A stretch of 55,839 bases of DNA, counting the filler, from Sphacelaria rigidula (lineage: Eukaryota): assembly GCA_964200075.2 (NCBI GenBank). It is 5 parts of 5 records of this genome, joined end to end, with 100 filler letters (N's around TTAATTAATTAA, not from the genome) between each part and the next. Parts side by side here need not be neighbours in the genome. Positions count along the whole stretch, not along the records: positions 44,754 to 55,839 come from CAXNAA020005414.1; 4 more parts are not named here. The stretch is one strand, 5' to 3'. Below, one piece after another: positions 51,066-55,839 of the stretch (within the stretch, counting starts at the first letter, position 1; each line of letters begins with the position of its first letter). A program made the position numbers and the translations under genes. Below the pieces are notes generated by a model. The model was not told where the DNA came from, did no database searches, and saw only the letters and a program-made list of their open reading frames with translations.

Positions 51066-51551
51066 CTGAATCCTGGCTTCAAGCAGTTCGAAGAAGGTCA
51101 CCATGTCCTTCATCGTATCGCAGACGACCGATATTCGAGCCATGTCCGTCACCCTTCGAATGCTGCCTCGCACCTCCACCTTGCGTCGTGTGCTATCCAA
51201 AGACTTGACGCTTGTTGGGAAAACAGTAGCTGCACGGTTTCGAGCGACACCCTCCACCAGCTCGTCGAGCGAGCGCTTCGCAACTTCGGCGTCCCGAAGG
51301 TAGTCCTCGATGGAGCCACCTTGTCTTGGCTATTCGAGGGTCCCCCCAACCGGCTTATGGTCGATTTTTTTCAGCTCATTGAAGCTCTCGTCTTGTCTGA
51401 GTGCGAAGTAATGCGCGTCAGCGACCCGCTCATACGCCCTCACGGCCTCGACCTGAAGGTACTTCAGGAGGTTCAGCTTCGCGCCATGGTCGATGTTTAA
51501 CTCATGCCCGACCTCCAAGAGATCGTCTATATTGAGTTGTGCTTCCTCCGC
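51066..51551 (-). CDS. Exon with the N-terminal half of the RelA/SpoT-like domain, one internal stop
   Basis: ...TLE*PRQGGSIEDYLRDAEVAKRSLDELVEG...SVKSLDSTRRKV...VTDMARISVVCD...ARIQ|gtgaag; 486 nt, phase 0-0. Confidence 0.8.
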
Positions 51552-51937
51552 CTGTCGAGACACCAAATGGCAGCGGTAGCGTGTTGAATCTGTCATAACC
51601 ATCTCTACATGTGGACAACGCGAATCCGTGTCTGCAGGATTGCATGATGTGAAAATCGAACAACTGCGGTTGTTTTGGCGTACTCCCTCCCTTGCACAAA
51701 AAGCTGGATTTAGGCACACTAGTTCCACCCGGATGCGGGTGCTCGAACTGGACGTTCATAGCACGTCAATCTCTACTTGCGCTGTCACGAGCCACCCCAT
51801 GGTATACGAGAGAGTGGCATAGGGCATGCCAGGCACCTGTACCCTGAGAAACAAAATTCAGGCAGCTTGTCTCATGCGGCATCTACAATCCTACTCCTGA
51901 GGCGAGACAACTGAGGTAGCCCATGCTGCCCCCACAC

Positions 51938-52212
51938 CTTGCGGGCTTGACCATCATCATTATTCCGGGTATCACTATTGCCGATGTTGACGGTCTTCGT
52001 GAGGAGTGTGTAACACTCGCGGTCGCCGAGAACTCCGCGGGCTCTGAGGTCCCAGCACTCTGCCAGAGTAGCCAACGATTGCTCAGAAACACTGGCGTCG
52101 TCGTCGAGGATGAGACCCTTGAGGGACTTGAAATGTCCGTCGCTCAAAGCACTGCTCTCCTTGAGTTTCAAGCTGCTCAAGTGTAGAAGATAGTAATATT
52201 TCTGCCGGAAAC
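51938..52212 (-). CDS. Probable upstream exon of the same gene (Leu-rich, unknown domain)
   Basis: Acceptor gcttgcag; open frame FRQKYYYLLHL...GQARK|gtgtg in phase 0 with the next exon. Confidence 0.55.
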
Positions 52213-53540
52213 CTGCAAGCGAAGTCGCGGCAAGCACACATGTTGCCGTATCAGATATATTCGCGCGCAAAATCCGGTTGTCCGGAGTCCGTGGATCACA
52301 CACAAAATACTAAAAGGCCATGTCTCCCAGTGCCTTCACAAGGGAAACATTGCCCAATGTTGGCACAAGGCAGCTTTCGGAACCTTACAACGGACGTTGG
52401 GTATCGTTGGGTATCGTCAATTGCAGACCTTTTATACCACGACCGGTATGCGGGCCTGTACCGCCTGACCGCCAATTATGAAAAATGTACAACTAGGGGC
52501 TCGTAATATTGCGGTGAACCGCGAAGTTCGCCTGAGTACACTAAGCAGGACTCCGCACTTAACCCGAACAGTACGGCGGTACGTTATGGTGGACCAGGCC
52601 TAGTACTATCCCTTTGTGCAGGACCCGCCGTCCACTGTGCGAGACCACAGCCGTCTAAGGTACACAATATTCCGTAGGAGAAACCAGAGTCCAAGCGGAA
52701 AATTGTCGATGAATAGTTTGTTGAAGCCACTACATTATTAGGCGTACGTGCCCTAGCACTCTTAAGCCGGACACCATCGCCCTCACTTCTACTTCATATG
52801 ACGTTGAGCCCGACACAATGCCCACTCCTCTATAGATCGTAACGCATGTTGGTAGACCCCAATCTGGTATGTCTGCTTTGGTACACCTGACTGACCAACA
52901 GAGCTCAAGCGGGTGGGTTGGCAGAATATGCAGGCCTGGACGACGTTGCCGTCAGCCAATTAGGTCGCTACAGCCTATACCGGCTGTACCTGCTTGAGGA
53001 CTTGAAGTGTCCGAGTACACCTCAAATACGCCCCTGCACTTGCAGGTACACGTATGATGCATATGCAGTATGTACATATCCCGTTCGCAGTTGGCACTGG
53101 GCAGGATATATGTTGGGATGTAGATACGTACAATTATGTGAGTGCCAGCGTATTATCATGTCCAAGGTCTTTTTCCCCGTCGGGATTTTGCTTCCTCTGC
53201 ATGGACCCGGGATATTTCTCCTTGAACAGATATTCGGTCACCTCTTGCTTTTGACTGTTCGTCTATATCGTCGCCGGAGTGTCGTCATACTCCAAGTGGA
53301 GGGGCGGCTCAGCAGAGCCATACCTCCTCAGTCGCACGGCCACATTGACCATCACGCACAAGAACGAACACACAGCCACGTCCTAGTGGGACTCACATCT
53401 GTCACCCACGAGGCTCTCGCCCGCAGGTGCCTGAAGTGCCAAGTACCGAAGGTATCTACAAATGCCAGGTAATCGAGGGTAGCAATAGCCAAAACAGTAA
53501 GTGTTCTAGAGTATCTCCGGTATCGGTTGACAAAGCTAAG

Positions 53541-53786
53541 GAAACTTTCTACGATAGCTCCCCAAAAAATACGACAGCCCAAAAGTGTCACGAAAGAGAT
53601 GGATATACAGCGCCTGATGTTTGGGTTCAGGCTGCATAAAGCGCCTCATATGGACGGCATTGGCAAGAACGAACCGAAGTTCAAGCTGCTCGTTGTGCTC
53701 GGCTTCTTCCATTTCGTTTTACGTGAAGATTTTGTCTCTCCAAACCAGGCACTTTTGGAGGGGGGGGGGCTATAGTAGAAAGTGTC
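53541..53786 (-). mobile_element. MITE family A, complete diverged copy
   Basis: Both TIRs recognisable; flanks TAAG/GAAG (3 of 4 match). Confidence 0.88.
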
Positions 53787-54392
53787 GAAGGAGTATTCTA
53801 GGGTACCTGGCGAATGGAACCCCAATCAGCCCTTTACCCTACAAGTACCCTACACGTAGCACACCACCATCGGTTATTTCGTTGCCGATGGCGTACAACT
53901 CGCCTCGAAGCTTACCCGTTGTCAAACAGTATACTGCAACGAATAGACGGTAGCTGGGCTTGGGTCAGGGTTGGGGATAGTCAGGTTCCCGCTGAGATTG
54001 GATGTACAATACTTGCAGGCTGCCTGGCTCCTGCAATCTCGGACGATAGCCGGATGGTGTTGACTTGTTTCTTCCAACATGTCGTCGATGGCGGTTATCT
54101 GACAATTCCACTTCTACGGTCTCATTCGGCAAGTGAAAGTACTTACTCGTATTGTTCAGGTACATTGCAGACCAATTCCGTTCGTTGTCAAGTACTACAT
54201 TACCACTGTACAATGCAGAGGCCTCGAAAATTATACGGGCGTCCAACCACCTGCTCGCAGACGGGCGCGATACAGTGTTGGTCTTAGACAGACACACAAC
54301 ATCATCGGCAAAATATTCTAGAATATTTTCATTATTTTTGCTGCGTGGCTAATGGAGACCATAGCTGTACCCCGACTTCGCTTGAAAATTTG

Positions 54393-54929
54393 CAAGGTTG
54401 TGTTCTGTAGGGTACGATTTTCTGCATACCCGGGGTATTTCCCCGGGTATTTACCGTACCCGACAGTTCTGTGACGTCCGTTATAAGACTTTCATACCGG
54501 TACCCGACAGTTCTGTAATCTCCGTAAGACTTTCATACCCCAACCCGATATTTCTGTGAGTTCTGTAAGCCTCCTGTACCGTTACCGGAGGGCACGGGTA
54601 TACTCTTGATAAGATACTCGATTGCGAGTACGGTGTTCTGTGCAACCTCCATACCCTTACCCGACAGTTCTGTGAGTTCTGTACAGAATGACTACCCGTA
54701 CCCGGAGCGCGGGTATGCCCTTGAAGAAATACCCAATTTCCGGTACAGTTTTCTTCAAGTCTCCAATACCGTACCCACGACCTATAATTTCTGTAAGACT
54801 TTCATACCGGTACCTGGCAGTTTTGTATTTTGTGTAAGACGTTCATACCGGTACCCGATATTTTTGTAAGTTCCGTAGGGAATCTCGCACCCTACAGAAC
54901 ACACTCGTACCCTACAGAACACAACCTTG
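54393..54929. mobile_element. Non-autonomous TIR element (hAT-like ends) filled with subterminal repeats
   Basis: Perfect 25-bp TIR CAAGGTTGTGTTCTGTAGGGTACGA; repeated TTCTGT...CATACCGGTACCCGA motifs; only a 5/8 match for an 8-bp TSD. Confidence 0.8.
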
Positions 54930-55839
54930 ATATGTTGCACCAACCTCCCCACCGGATGAGCGCCAGGGTGGTTCCACATTCAGTTGGGGATCAGCCGGCC
55001 TGTTCGAGCGTATCCCGTGCTCTCCTCGCTTCCGATAATTTTGTTTCGTCGTGTTGAGGGATAGAATATCGCACCCCACAGCTGCAGGCGCAATGTACTC
55101 GTAATAATACCCTTGATATGCGGAGAAAAGTACATGTGGGTATCATTCATACTACCTTACCATACAGGCCATACGAATCATGATCTCGCCAAACATCAAA
55201 GATTCGTGTATGACCCACGGATCATTAGATTCTACTTTCAGCTTAGTTACCAACAACGCGAGCTCTCAACGGCGCAGAATTAGCGCGAAGTTGGCGCTTA
55301 GATCTGAGCGATCCCCTTCCTCGCGTTTGTACCTCAGGTCTGAGCCACACACATTTCTGCATGCACCGCCTTGTCGTCCGTTCTTCATGCTTTCTTACGA
55401 GGAAAATATGTTCGCGAACGGCACAAGCTGCTTACAGGAGGTTTGGAAAATGTTTTGCAAAAAAGGAAAAAACAGTTTTCGAAACAACAACACAAAAAAT
55501 ATAAATTTTCGTGGGGTGAAGAGACTGGGTATAGATGCGATCAATCACAGGTCATTTTTTGGAAACTGTTTTGCGGAAAATGTTTTTCCGTGCTATTTTA
55601 TCCCCATAAGACACGGCCTCACCTGCCCAGCTTTCAAATTTCAATGGCCAAAACACCATGAGAAAAGGTGAACGACTCGCAGCCCTTTGTGAAGGCCTCG
55701 TTTGCGCGCCCCCCCGCACACCTGTGCGCGCAATGAAGCTTTCTATCGCGTTGCTCGACGGCTTCATCAAGTCGGCCAACAACAGCCGATTTTCGAAAAT
55801 GGGGTTGGAAAAAAAAAGGGGGTTCAACTCCAAAGCCGT

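Larger units (their letters stand above)
44918..52212 (-). pseudogene. Spliced gene: unknown N-terminal region + RelA/SpoT-like nucleotidyltransferase domain + TPR array; nonsense codons present; 5' and 3' ends unresolved
   Basis: Phase-compatible GT-AG exons 52212-51938, 51551-51066, 48077-47721, 47541-47416, 47095-46970, 45949-45824, 45043-44918; stops at 51330-51332 (TAG) and 47940-47942 (TGA). Confidence 0.75.

Noticed and set aside
52991-53500. Candidate further 5' exons of the RelA-TPR gene
   Set aside because: Splice-like sites exist, but the frames contain stops and cannot be tied to the gene without transcript or homology data.

Overview
Repeat-rich, gapped draft sequence from an intron-rich eukaryote. 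GT-AG introns, 126-nt TPR exons and the transposon mix suggest a brown alga (Phaeophyceae), but that is inference. The left ~33 kb is mostly decayed transposons: two minus-strand Ty1/copia-derived LTR elements with both LTRs (one lacks INT/RT and carries a 2.3-kb inverted tandem-repeat block), a long decayed gag-type ORF split by two MITEs, other retroelement remnants and many MITEs. The right part holds host genes on the minus strand: a large exon of an unknown membrane protein, the last two exons of splicing factor SYF2 (missed by the ORF track), and a spliced gene joining a RelA/SpoT-type nucleotidyltransferase domain to TPR repeats. Each TPR repeat is encoded by its own 126-nt phase-0 exon. 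This gene is the most interesting feature, although this copy carries at least two nonsense codons. Most short ORFs in the track are spurious.
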